Assembly (NCBI GenBank): GCA_020536535.1 | Contig: JAHLWZ010000413.1 | Coordinates: forward strand, 1-38,011 | Direction of reading: 5' to 3' | DNA from: Pelomyxa schiedti | Taxonomy: Eukaryota > Protista > Evosea | DNA length: 38,011 bases | Shown here: piece after piece, positions 1-12,823 of the stretch | Layout of the letters: each line of letters starts with the position of its first letter | How positions within the stretch are numbered: position 1 is the first letter of the stretch | Position numbers and translations under genes: made by a program | The notes under the pieces: generated by a model | What the model saw: only the letters and a program-made list of their open reading frames with translations | What the model was told of the DNA's origin: nothing | The model's database searches: none

Positions 1-69
1 TTCTTCCAGTCTCTCAGTTTGTGCTTCACACAAAACCCACAACCTTCCTTGATGCAAATACAGTGGTCA

Positions 70-1419
70 TCACAGGATGCTTGTGATGCACTGGGCATGG
101 CACATGAGGATGACAATGGCAGTCGTCGCCGCACCCGTCGCTGCACCCGTCGCCGCACCCGTCGCGGCAGTCGTCGCCGCACCCGTCGCCACACCCGTCA
201 CCGCACTTGTCACCAATGTTGTAGCTCCCCCCATTGGAGGCACCAATAACGACATTCCTGTGTCTACCTCAGTTATTGCTCTCGTTGGTTTATTGCGTCC
301 CATCACTATGCAACAACCAATTTTTTTTTCTTGTCTTTAGTACTAGAACAAGATCACTATTATACCCAGTAACACAGGGATCAAATAACCCCATCGTGTT
401 TGTCTGGGATCTGATAGACTTCCAAGAAGAAGAAGCTGGTGGTTCTCAATTGATTGGCTCATAAAGCTCTGCCTCCTCAAGAGTGGAGACTGGAGTTTCA
501 GCATCGCATCAATGTGACTAGTCGGCAGTTCGGAAGGAAAAGAGCTTACATTCCCATCGTTCTAAACTCACCATTCTCTTGGCACCACATGGGCACACTC
601 GAGCGGTGTCACGACTGGTAAAGTTCCTCTTGGCTGTGGCCATTAATGGGAGGGAAAAACTCCGATCGTTGTGCCATAGGGAATTTTCCTAGTTTGTGCA
701 AATATGCAGCCGCTAAAAGCAGCAGTTTAAAACCTGGTCTGAGCATACTCTCCTTGTTGCCAAGCTTTTTGGGGGTTGCTGTGTAGTATAACTGAAACTT
801 GAGTAAGACCTCCTGATGCTGCCAGAAAGTGTGTTGAGTCTACGTAACACGCAAGGGGAAGTCCTGAAATCCCACAGATAATTCGTGGCATAACCACACC
901 TAGATTAAGTGATTATTAAAACTAAAAGTGTCATGGAAATTTAATACTGGTCACTTTCTGGATCGAAAGTGCATTCCCTCATTTTTGAGGCTGTCAACAA
1001 TAAGCGGGTGTCACGTTGGGCCTGTCAGAGGTTCTGAGACGAGATTGGAAGGGGGTTGAATGTACCCGAAAACGGCAGGTTTGTAGATGGCTATTAAGGA
1101 ATTGAACAGCCATAGTCATAAAAGACGGAACTTCTTCTGTCTTGGAGCTGGCTGGATTTACTGAACAGTGCCACAAAAACTTGAACCAGAAATCATTGCC
1201 TAGGGGACACTTTAAGAATCAGACCTCAAAATACTGGCGCAGAAGCAGGTCCGTCATGGCGGATCCGTCAGAGGGACAAAGGCTGGTGGAGATATCGGTG
1301 AGATAACCCCGGAGAACTTTTAAAGCAAAATGTGGGTGAGCTTGATGACACATATTCGCAGATAAGGCCCAAATGTAGATGAGTGGGTGGTATCTTTCAA
1401 AAGTGGGGTGTCTCTTCAT
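70..1419 (-). pseudogene. Decayed intron-containing gene of unknown function
   Basis: Minus-strand frames joined by GT-AG intron-like segments (MKRHPTFERY..., VWLCHELSVGFQDFPLRVT*TQHTFW...EELYQS*HR) carry scattered TGA/TAG stops. No recognisable domain. Confidence 0.35.
119..206. repeat. 12-bp GC-rich tandem repeat (GCACCCGTCGCC-like, ~7 units)
   Basis: Repeated gcacccgtcgcc / gcagtcgtcgcc units are directly visible; the minus strand reads ATGAATTAATGAATGAAT. Confidence 0.9.
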
Positions 1420-4400
1420 TTTTCTCCGTTGCTCGGGGGTTTTTTTTATACCCTTGTATCATGCCATTGCCATGTTTAAATAGCAGCCCCTCCTGGAGAA
1501 GTTAGGGCAAAGGTGAAACGTAAAAAGGGAAGAAAAAAAAACCTAAGTAATACCTTTAAAATGAATGTGCCAACAAGCTGCTTGAAATTTTTGTATTCCG
1601 GAGTTGCTTTTGACTGTCATTTTCGGGCGCATGGGCAGGTGCTGACAATACCTAAACCCACGGTTTGGCTGATTCCTACTACAGGCAAGTCTGTTTCAGA
1701 GTGGAAGATGTAATCTCTTTCGAAGCCACACAGACAAGCCATAGTAAGCTCACACTGAGTAAGTTCTGGCAAGTCGAAGAGGAATGCCCCAACCCACCCG
1801 CGCATCACCTGGCCCTGCGAAGAAAGAGAACGAACACTAGGGCGACAGGGGAATGGGAGCGGAGGGGGGAGCCGTCAGGCCGCGAGGCGAGCGTGCCGGG
1901 TCTCTCGAGGATCACAAGGCGGGGGCATACGCCCCCCCCCCACCATTGCACTGCCCGAACCGGGCGGCCCCACGAGCCCGCAACTTAAACGGGGGGAACG
2001 CGAGAACGGGGGGGGCCACCGCGGTGGGACACATCATGCCCTCGCACAGGTTGTGTGGCACACAACTCGAGGGGGCGGCAGGGGGGGCTTCGTGGATGCC
2101 GACAACTATACTCCGCCAGTGTGACTGACCCTAGATCCGACACAAGCCTATGGCCCTCCTCCGCTGTGTGATCGTCGTCCCTCGTGCCGGATCTATCTTG
2201 CCTCGCCCCTCTTCTTCTTTTTTTTAAGTTCTTTCTTTCGGCGTTCGAAAGACTGTAGAGATTCAAGGAAAAAGAGAAAAAATCGAAAGGAAACAATGCC
2301 CATGGGCAATGGTGCCTCGGGACGACGGTCGATGGGTCGCCATGGGTGCGTGTGCTGCCGTGTGCAACTTTCGAGGTCTCTGTGCAACTTATCGAGTGGC
2401 ACCGCCATGATTACATTGTATCTCTGCCGCCGGCGAGGGTCTCTCTCTCTATCTATCTGGCTGTGCTGTGGGTGCAACACCGCCCGTTGACACTCCCTCT
2501 GGTCACTGCGTGCAATGTCTCCTGCTTTAAACACTCCGATTCGAATCCTTCCACCACCATACCTTCACCTCTCTGAGGACTCTCGACTGGTGTGTACGCT
2601 AAACGAGGCTCTTGTCGCCCGTATTACTCTCTGTGTTTTCACGTCCGATTCGTTTTCACATGCCACTCGTTTTTTTTCCTTGTTGGTTTGAAAACCTCAA
2701 TCAAGGGAACAAACAACATTTGACTGCTGTCACCAGGAAGTGTCACTATGTGCACATAGTGCTGCTTGGACAAAAAAACCGCCACCAAACAACAGACTGG
2801 AAAAAGAGGCTAACTCTTTGCCCATTAATTCTCAAACTGCAAAACCCAAGTGAGTATCAAGCTGGCCTTACCCTAGAAGTTCACAGCAAAGAGTGATTAC
2901 ACACAAACTTGAGTTCTATATTGGCTATTCTTGCAGTTGGTGGAGCACCAGTTTGGCTCAACTGTTAGAAATCTCTTCTTGTAGCAGCCTCTGCTCAGCA
3001 ACTGCTGTTAGGTATTCTGGTGCGACTACAGATTGTCTTCTGAACAGGAGCGGCTTGGATTATCTTTCATCATACTGTAATTTTTTTTTTCGAACTTATC
3101 AGTCGTGCTGATATCAGACAGCACACATTTACTTACAGGCGAACTGAGGGATTTCTATACCACTCTGCCTAATAACGGCTCTGAACCGTGCCCATGGAAG
3201 CTAATTCTTGCAGACAATTTCTACCAGCCTCCAGGTGGTTCCTCTTCTGGAAGAAGACTACCCACGAGAACTCACAGCTCTTTCTGAAGCCCATGATCGT
3301 CCCATCCCAAGCTTTGACTCTTTCAGGAAGGACACTCCCTAATGACAGCGGCAACAAAGACTTGCACATTGAATTCACACTAATACAAACTGGAGAAATG
3401 GCTCCCTGCCCACGCTTTTCTTTTGATGCTGTAGCAGAGATTACCATCATGCCACATTTTGAATACCCAGGCAGCATTTAAATGTGTACACACGTCATTC
3501 AAAAAAGAAAAAAAAACATTATTGGGGGTCAAACTAAGTGTGCCGAAAATCGTATCAAAATTCGGTTTCTTGGTGTCCCAACCTCAGACTCCAGGCAACC
3601 AGGGGGGAATCTGTAGCTTGTGGTTGTGGTCAAGGTTTCCCCTGGTTCCCATTCAAAACTGAGTCTGAGGAAGGTTGAAAATACAAAAGTTGGTGGTAAC
3701 CGGTCAATTTCAGCAGATAAATCTGAGTTTTACCGGTCACCACTGGACAGATTGTACTTTTCCCATAAAACAGTAATTTTCCTTTGTTTTTGTTCCATCT
3801 TTCCCATGGCCAAAAGGGATTTCATCCACTCTTTTTCCAATTTCCGCGATGATTGATAGATATACTCCCATCCAGAGCCCAGCAGAGCAGCCTCAATCAA
3901 TATGGAGATAGTGAGTGCAAAGGGATTTCTTTCTCACTCTTTCACATTAGCAGCCTATATAGAGAGCTCTCTATTCAGAAATTCAGAGAAATTTATTACA
4001 TGCAAAAAGGGATTTCACTCACCACATGTGCCTTCAATATTTCCAAATTTTAATTTTCCTTACAGTCTCACTTTTTTTTGTTATGGCAGGTATGGAAGTG
4101 AGGGGGCCCCCTCCCCACTGGCAAATGATGCCTCACAACGCCTTTGTTGGGTGGTGTCATATGTTGGTGGTGAGGGGATAGATGCAGCATACTTTGGCCT
4201 TCTTTGTTACAAAAAGAACTGTAGTCGAAGGAGAGCTTGTATCGCCGCGAAGTCACCTATGGGAGACGTGGCCAACAATGAGTGCCATAGAGTGTAAGCC
4301 ACTTGGTTGTAAGTGTGGGGAATTTGATTGCTGACTTCAAGGCATTTCGTCTTTAATGTATCCCCCTTAGCGACTAATGTTAAAACTCGGGAATAAATCA

Positions 4401-4856
4401 ACCTTTATTAGGTAGTAGTACAACAACACGCACACTGCACGACCGATTGAACAGTCAATATCGCGACACAGCACTGGACCATACATCGAACTCCACTGTT
4501 TAGTGGAGCGAAAACGGTCGGATCCCCGGTTGATGTTTCGCGCGACAACGCTCCTCTTCGATCACCGTCTTCTTTGTACGAGGCCGCGAAACCGTTTCGT
4601 TAAAGAGGAAAAAAAAGTACAGTAAAAAAACACTGATGTTGAGCTTTTGAAACACAGGTGCATACCACCTTCATTTAGGATTTAGGCACTTAGGTGTAGT
4701 GCAGAGGTGTTACGAGTTGAAAAAGTCCGGTGCTACTCACAGCCCTGATGTTCCTGAGAAAGGAAACAGGACGCCGACGAACTATGCCAGAGCCATCTAA
4801 CTTCATTCTCCATATTTTAGTCTACACTTCTCACAGTGACGTCTCATGCCAACAAC

Positions 4857-4945
4857 CAGTGATGGACGGGAAGATAAAAATCTGTCGGTTCCCGGAGTCC
4901 CGTGGGAAATGTGATGGTATTCCCGTGGGTCCCGTAACCCTTTTT
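4857..4945 (+). mobile_element. Probable left end (TIR plus subterminal repeats) of a hAT transposon
   Basis: Starts CAGTGATGGACGGGA, a hAT-type terminus, followed by repeated TCCCG(TGGG) motifs just upstream of the transposase. No matching right TIR found. Confidence 0.5.
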
Positions 4946-4984
4946 TGATGGAGAAAATTGTTGTCCCGGCTGTGTGTTGTTTGG

Positions 4985-7336
4985 ATGTCGACACTCACTG
5001 GTGTGGATGTGTGGCCACACTTTATCCCCGATCCTGCTGCACCCAAGGATTATGCATTTTGTTCTGTGTGCCGACAACGATTGGCATGCAAAAAGAAATC
5101 AACACGACATTGGGAGAAAGTATGTGTGGCAAAAAAACTGGTGTGCTACCTCCTTTAAGGGTATCAACCTTGCTTTTCTGACCTGTAACAGGTGCCATAG
5201 TTCAAAAAACCCTCACACCTACGCCGCACCCCCAGGAGGTTCCCCTAGGAGAGACAGCCACTCCCCCCCCCCCCCCCCCCCCCCCCTTCAACCACCTTGT
5301 TCTTCCTCCAGAGGCGGTTCAACTGTGGTTGCAACTCCCTCATCGCAACTCACTTCCCCTGTCACTCCCGCAGGTGGGTCCTCATCCACCTGCCCACAGA
5401 TACAAACTTCCCTCTCCCGATTTTGTTCTTCAACAAAGACTTGGCAGTTGGAGGCTAATAAGCATGTACTCAGATTCATAGTCATGGTATTTAAATATTT
5501 TTTCCTTCATGCTTTCACTTTCACTAAGAACATGTGTCCATTGACTGATGCTGATTCTCTTGATCTGTGGGGACCTGAAGTTAAACCAAAAGGAAGAAAA
5601 TCCATGAAAGCTGCTGTTTTGAAGATTTATGAACAGAAACTTCAGAAAGTGTGCCTTTTACTTTATTTATTTAATTTTGTTTTACTTCTACAGGTAAAAG
5701 AGGCTGTGCAGTGCAATACAAATCAGTCTGTGTTATTCTAGATATGTGGAGTATTTGCTCACAAGACCCCTATCTACTGTGGAAGCTGAGGCTTTTCGCA
5801 AATGGTACACTAATGGAGTACATCATGCCCCCTGAATATATGCCTGGAACAAATACCAATCCAGAGATTGGCACCCTTATTCAGGCCTGTCATTTTTTCT
5901 TTCATATTAATTTACATTCCACAGAAATATAAAACGAATTGGGGTTTTCAGATAATTGGTGTTGTCTCTGATGGTGCTTTGAAGGGGATAGGTCCCTTGG
6001 TTGGTGCACCCAATACATGGTGTATGGCACACAGGTTATCACTTGCCTATAGTAATGCCATTGACCGAAATTTACCTGTTATACAAAAGGTGTAGTATTT
6101 ACCTTCTTTAACCTTTGTCACTTTCTGTAGGTACGAGCCTGGACCAGGGCAATGCGACATTCTAATATTAAAATGAATATTCTCAGAAAACATTGCAAGG
6201 CATTGCACCTACCAACCACATTAATTATGGTTTGTAGTTGGATATATATTTTTCCTTATTCCTGATGCAAGTAGGATACCCGGGTCCGTTGGATAAGTAC
6301 TGGACTCATGATTACTAGAGCTGTACAACTGCAAACACCTCTTACAATGTGTTCTGTGGACCCAGCATTTTCAGATCTCACCACTCCCACAGCGGACAAA
6401 ACTATCTCCTCTTCTGAATGGGAGATTTTGAAGTTAATTGCTTCTTTTACTGAACCAGTAAATCAGGTAATTACAACTTTTTTTTTAGTCAATTAATTAC
6501 TATAGGCATTAAAACGCATTCAAAGTTATGATGCTTCTTTAGCTACTGGCTTCTTGGCTGTTTGGGTACTTCAACAAAAAATACAAGCCATGTTCCTGGA
6601 TACCCAGAAGTAAATGTGATCTTTTTTTTAAGGTACTAATTCTTTGTAGTGAAACTGTTACTGCAATGAAGAGAAAGCTTGAGGCAGAGCTCAACCAACG
6701 CTTTGCTTTGGGCAATGCACCTGAACATGACCTTATCAGGTATGCTGTCTTACTGGATCCACGGTGGCGGAATCATTGGATTTGGACTGACGAAGATCGC
6801 TCAGTTTGTTTATTCCAGCTTTTTATCTTTTTAATTGCAACAAGGCTCTTTTGACCAAACTCGAAAATAAAGTACAAGCCAGAATCCAGCAGCAACCACA
6901 ATCGCAGCAGCAACAGCAGCAGCCAGATTTTATATTTAAGGATCACCAAGATCCCTTCTATGACAGCTTACCAGTTCTGTCCCTTTTTCTTTATCATTGC
7001 CTAATTTAAAACAGACTACTATTCCAAATCAAAATGCCCGTGGACAAGTTCTTTGTTGGTTGTGGTCCACCTTTGGCTCCACATTCCCAGATAATCCAAC
7101 AAACCAAACCCGGGAGTTATGTGAGTGGCTGATAGCTCATGAAAAAGATTGCCCTCAGCTAACACCACTATGCCAAGAGATTCTGGGGCAATACCTCCAA
7201 CTTCGGCAACTGTGGAGAGAGAGGCTTCTATGGGGCCAATATCAAAACACTTAAGCGGAACCGCATGAGTCCAGAGCTGTTTGTTGCCCTTATGTTTCTA
7301 AAACTCAATGCCAACATGGTGGACTGGACAAACTAA
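4985..7336 (+). pseudogene. hAT-superfamily transposase, intron-rich, frameshifted
   Basis: BED finger VWPHF...AFCSVC; ILDMWS (first D); VVSDGA (second D); CMAH (CxxH); TRVRW; LLDPRW; C-terminal AIPPTSATVER...KRNRMSPE. About 10 short introns. Frameshifts at 5706-5715 (GTGCA duplication), ~7185 and ~7215. Confidence 0.9.
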
Positions 7337-8845
7337 AAAAACCAAACAATTGTTTAGGAGTGGACCAAATAATGGTGGAGAGCAAATGGAACAGGGACAG
7401 TTAACCCTTGTGTTGCTGGTATTCAACGAAGTGAGAGAATTGACCCTAAGAACTAGCAGTACAAACCTTCTGTGTGTAGCCAATTCTTGCGCCTTTATTG
7501 TCATTTTTTTTAAAATGAAAGTACATGGCAAGGAAATATCTGATTTCATCCCACCTCAAAAGTTGAAAAAGGTTAAAACATACCTTTCCCACCGTCACAT
7601 TGATGACATTTCTAAGGCCATAATACAAGTCCTGGAGCACGTCGGAATGTCCCCCCATGCACTTCAAAAATTCTGGACTTGCTAATCTCGCTACATTCCG
7701 AGATCCTTCAATTCAAATGGAGGGGCATTGGTTCCTGTAGCTCTTGATTTCCTTGTGTTTTTATTAACAAAATCCAGGAAAAAAAGGGAGAGGCAACACA
7801 GCTATCGGGACACTCAGTGATTAAATACTCAAATCTCACCATGGCACTCACTACTCAACATGGTCTTATGATACACAAATCTCACTGAATTCCTTCATCT
7901 AGTCTGGGCTAGTGATGCATTGCTTGATGCGCGTGGATGGAATTCCTCAAGGGTGGAACGTCATCCAATCAGTCATATTTTTTGCGAGTTTGCTGGGCGA
8001 AGCAACACTTTTGTCTTCTGATTCCTGAGTTGTTTTACCAGTCAGAACTTCGTGTTAACAGGAACAGATTCAACTTTGGAAGGGCCTTGCCGTAATCCTG
8101 CACCAACGTGATTCATGCATATGTATTGAAGAAACTGTAAAGTAAAGTTTAATGTCATAAGAATCCTGCCATTGGGCAGAGGATTGGCCTGACTTGTTTA
8201 TCCTTCTCCATCGGCAAGCCCTTGGTAGCCATCCCCTTCAACATTTGAGCGAACTAATATTCCCACAGAATCGGGACTACGTTTCCGAGTACCCAAACGA
8301 GTGGATAGACTGCATTAAACAGAAAAGAGGCGCAACCTTTCTTTTCTTTCACCTGACGTATCTTTCATTGTAACTTTTCATCTTCTCAAGATATGAGGGA
8401 TCAGATGTCACTCTGGATAATAATACATACAACCTCGGATTTGTGGATATCTCAAACATAGCCAATCTGACTGAACACCCTCAAGTATAAATAACCTTCG
8501 ACTCACCAAGAAGTCAATAGTAACTCCCATGATTTTTGTTTGTATAAAACCAAGAGTCATCCAACTGCCTGTCAATATGAATACAACCAACAAAAATTGA
8601 CTAGTGCTTCCAGAAGTTCTATTTCCTCCTGTGGCGTTGATTGAAGTCTGGACCAATCAAACAGAACTTCCCATGCACAGTCCACCACAGTTTGACCATT
8701 GTTGGACAAACAAAAAAAAAGAAAAAGAAAAAGAAAATGGCCAAACAGTTTCTTATACTGTAAATATTTGCAGTGAACACGGTCAATCAAGAGTCAATGG
8801 CAGTGAGAGGGGAACACTGCAGTAGAACTGAAATGCAAATGGCAA

Positions 8846-9602
8846 TCAATCAACATTGGTCAATCCAGGTTGGTTGAGAGAGGGATGTGTCTGTTGGGAT
8901 TGTTGCGGTGGAGTGTTGGGTATCTCCTCGGCCACGACAACGCACCCTGGGGGAACTTTACTGGGACTTGGTTGCTGCTGGTTCCTCCTCACTGTTTCCT
9001 CATAAGCTCCTCGTTGCCGCCAATAGTTCGCAAACCAAAGCAAAACACCTGGAGGCATTGCCAGCATGGGCTGCGGGGGAATGTTGAATGGTGGCTGTTG
9101 GTTCTGGTAATTCGGTGGGAGGTGATGCGGGGGTTGCGGTGAGGGTGTGCACTGACGGTAGCGCTGCTTTCTCGCAAGGAGAGCGCGTAGTGAGCACTTG
9201 GGCCTGAGGGTGATGCGCCATGAACGGCCGTGAAATGGGATGCAGAAATTATTGTCAATAAGAGCAATTAGAGCCAATTCACAGGTGGCAAAACGAATGA
9301 GACAATTATGCATCCTTGTGTTCGACGGACACCTACGAGGCGGCGTTGCTTGGACTCTGTGTATTATTGATCAGCCATAACCTCCCATTTTTTGTTTAAC
9401 ATTAAAAGAGCGTCAGTGCGCGTGAGTGTAAATGTAACTCCACAAACAAAAAAAAAAAAAAAAAAAAAAGATACCCAAAGCCCGCACGTTCAAATGATTT
9501 CACCACATCGTCGGCCGTGAAGCAGGGCAGCAAGCCACCAACATACAGCTCGTTGGTCAAATCCCCAGGGTCGATCCTACGCACATCGATTTCTTCTCCC
9601 AT
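8846..9602 (-). CDS. RRM-domain protein with Pro/Gln-rich C-terminus (one intron)
   Basis: RNP2-like LYVGGL. Splicing GG|gtatct...acacag|A joins it to VQATPPRRCPSNTRMHNCLIRFAT (RNP1-like), which stays open to the stop at 8846. Confidence 0.7.
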
Positions 9603-9863
9603 CGGCGACTGCAGTGTCTAGTTTGCGGTGGCTGTTGTTGTTGCAGAGTTCGGTTTTGGCTAGTTGTGTCAGTGGGTGTGTCGGTCCTGTCCCCGAGCGT
9701 CAAGATAACCCACCATTACTGTACGTTTGATTTTTTTAAAAAAAAATCCGGGAAATTTTGGTTTCCTTTCGAGGAGGGGATTCTCAAAAATCCTGGAACC
9801 GGGGGAGGTGTAAGGAAGTGGCAGTACTATCTGAACCACCCAAATACCACCTTTTCCCTGACC

Positions 9864-11881
9864 ATTGGCCTGCCGGTTCAAAGTGGGCCACATTTTGTTT
9901 TGGCTTGTTTGGGTGTGGATGTTGATATTTATGGGAGGAGCTTTTATTTCGATGGAAAACCCCCATAAATACTGTAGATTTTCTAGCTGGCTTTAAGAAA
10001 AAGAAAAAAATTTAGCCAACAGTTCGGTCTATTGGTGCCCCAGAATCCTGCTTCAGGGTGGTGGGAGGTTGTACGGTGTTCTGGTTATTCTTTGTGCTGA
10101 TGGTGTGCAGGCAGACTGACATTGCTTGAGTAGTGCTCAGAGCTGAGATATGTTGGGAACTCGTGCTCACAAATACACAGTTGCAAGGGAACAAAAACAA
10201 AAAAAAAAGTGCGGAGGCCACGTTGCCAAACTGCGATGGGTACGGCTATGGTGACAGGTACAGCTGCGGCTACGGCGACGGCTGCAGCGACGGGTGTGGC
10301 TATGTGAGAGCAGCAACCCCAACACAATTTGTTATGCCCATCTACAATGACACTATGCAACAATGTGTGCTTGGCCTGTGTGTCAACTCTACACAACTCA
10401 GTCACGTAGTACTTCCTCTTCCACTTGATTTTACAGCTGTGGAGTATATTCGTCGGTTCAATGCACAACAACAGGTTTGACAGGAACACTCTGTTTTGTT
10501 GTTGCCAGCCTTGCAGTAGCTGACTTTCACATCCAGCCCTGGAACCAACTAGTAGGCATGGTCTCGTGCCTTCAATTTGTTCCTTGTTCTCACCAGTCTC
10601 ATAGTGTTCTCTTTGCCACACATGAGAGGCAATATGGCACCTTTGTCTTTGTGGCTATTCCACTCTACTGCAGGTCCTGGTGGAGAAGGCATCCTTCCGT
10701 CTTGCCATTTGTATTTTCCCAACTCATGCGAAGGTACTCTGATGTTTGATTGCACACCCAGCTTGGTTTTTGGTATTGCTACTCAGGTCTGCCTCTATTT
10801 TGTTTCTATTTGGTAATCCCTTGATGTAGTACCTTGACTGAAGACCTGTGGTAAAGATTTTCTTCTGCAGTCACAGGTTGCCGCAGGACCTCCCGTCAGG
10901 GAATCTAAGGTATTAGCATTTCTTTTCACATTTGTTCTTCATTCTCATCTGTGGATAGAGGTGTTGAGCCTAATGTTGAACTTATCTACAGTATACTGTA
11001 CAGAACTTAGGTATATTTCCCCCCCCCCCCCCCCATTTTGTATTCATTCTAACGTGAAACTCAGGGAAATTGAAGGAAACCCCTGAGCCAACTAGAAGGA
11101 GAATGCCTTTACTGCCACAAGAGCCATTTGCCGGCCAAAGAGAGTGGTACTCTTTGCACTTTTTTTCCCCATGTTGTGAGATAGGACCACAATGCCCACA
11201 GCTACACTGATGGAGATGGGGATGCTGACAGCTATTGCTATTGCTATTGCTATTGCTATTGCTATTGCTCTGGCTAATGCCTAGCATGAAGGTGGGAACG
11301 TGATAGTGGCAGCCAAGTGTTGGAAGGAATGTTTGTGGCCCTGGTTATTGTGACAGGCACTCACCCCCACCCTGTGCTGCTTTGCTCTGAGCAATAGCGC
11401 CATGGGTGAGTGGCAAGATGTTTGGGGAACCTCCATCACGTTTACATGGTGGGTCCCTCGATTGCAGGTGGGTTCTCTGTCCCCAAGTGTTAGCCACTTA
11501 TCCCCTTTCCTACCTATGGTGTAGCCTTTGTACCTTCAAGTTTGTAGTTGGGGGCTGTGATGTCCATGATGGCAAACACTGGCAAGCTATTGTTATTCTC
11601 AGTACCGACAGGCATGAGCTTCCCTCCATTTGTACTTTGTTCCCACAGCAACCAAGTGCAACAAGATGTTCTCTTCTCTCATATGGATACCGTGTCATGG
11701 CCATTCCACAATTAGCCAGATTAGCCAGTAGTACTTCAGTCTTTATTGTATTTTTCACTATACCCAAGGTGTGCTTCTTTGAAAGGGATTTGCCACAACA
11801 CGATGATGAAGTAAAATCTTCACATTTTCTGCCAAGAGACGATAACATTAGGTACTACCAAAATCCCCACTTCCCCATCTT
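9864..11881 (+). mobile_element. TIR element copy 1 (left end, truncated at scaffold gap)
   Basis: Begins ATT-GGCCTGCCGGTTCAA. Near-identical to 32280-33827 apart from indels. Confidence 0.85.
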
Positions 11882-11981
11882 NNNNNNNNNNNNNNNNNNN
11901 NNNNNNNNNNNNNNNNNNNNNNNNNNNNNNNNNNNNNNNNNNNNNNNNNNNNNNNNNNNNNNNNNNNNNNNNNNNNNNNNN
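11882..11981. other. Assembly gap (100 N)
   Basis: Run of N. Confidence 1.
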
Positions 11982-12006
11982 CTTCTGGATTCCCTCTACC
12001 CAGCCT

Positions 12007-12522
12007 ACCCCCAACGAGCAGCAGCAAGCCAGGGACGGCGCCCCAGTACGAAGTCACGTCCTCCCCGAACACCGCGGTGCCCCACACGAACGCCACCACG
12101 AGGCACACGGCGCTCCACACGCTCACCGCCGTGCCGACGCCGCAGTAGCGCGTGGCCACGATGCCCAGCACCGTGCACGGCGGCGCGACGCTGGCGCCCA
12201 CGAGGCCCCACCACGTCAGCGCCACGTCGACGCCCGGGATGGCCCACACCAGGAACGACGTGGCGCACACGGCGAAGCTGTAGTACACGTTGAAGACGAA
12301 GGGGTGGACGTTGGCGCGGACGACCGTCGGACGCTTGTAGAAGATGGCGAAGGAGCCGTACAGCACGATGCTGAGGGCCACGCACACGTAGCCCTGTGTC
12401 AGCGTGACTGGGTAGCCCCCTGACGACGAGGACGACGGCGACAGATACGAGCTGCTGCTGATATAACTGTACCAGCTGGAGCTGGAGCTGCAGCTGCAGC
12501 TTACACCGCTACTGAGGCTCAT
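12007..12522 (-). CDS. TMEM144-like / DMT-superfamily membrane transporter, 3' truncated
   Basis: GYVCVALSIVLYGSFAIFYK...HPFVFNVYYS...WWGLVG...GVGTAVSVWS...VWGTAVFGE gives about five hydrophobic helices with GC-rich codons. The frame breaks at 12007. Confidence 0.7.
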
Positions 12523-12823
12523 GGCAGTACCGTTACGTTTCTCGTTCTCGGAACCGTAGGTTTCGGAGAAGCCGATCGGGGATCTCTCTTCTTCTCCAAT
12601 CAATCCAACAACAACAGGGGACGACAACTGAGCACAGTGCCTTAAACCTGGCGATGGATGTGTACAGTTCTGGTGTTCAAGGCTGGGTAGAGGGAATCCA
12701 GAAGATGGGAAAAAAAACCAAACCAAGGGAAAAGAATGGAAAATGTGTTGGTGATGCTTCTTGGTCTGGGGGTGTCCCTTGTTGGTGCCCTATAGGCCCC
12801 CGGCATAGAGTCTTTCCCGGTGT

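Noticed and set aside
119-206. CRISPR-like array or a (CGDG)n cysteine-rich protein
   Set aside because: Units are contiguous with no unique spacers, and the CGDG frame is closed by stops just upstream.
3805-4025. U12-type intron donors
   Set aside because: AAATCCCTTT does not match RTATCCTTT at the intron start.
7340-8830. Possible genes, or the right hAT TIR, downstream of the transposase
   Set aside because: Only short stop-interrupted frames, with no recognisable domain and no CCATCACTG terminus.
11231-11268. (GCTATT)n as a doubly deaminated (GCCGTC)n array
   Set aside because: Copy 2 shows GCTACT/GCTATG variants, so the ancestral unit cannot be fixed. Not used as evidence.
11406-12293. 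Long ORFs spanning the N gaps, and GC-rich antisense ORFs over TMEM144, Sel1 and myotubularin exons
   Set aside because: They are artefacts of N translation or shadows of GC-rich coding sequence on the other strand or frame.
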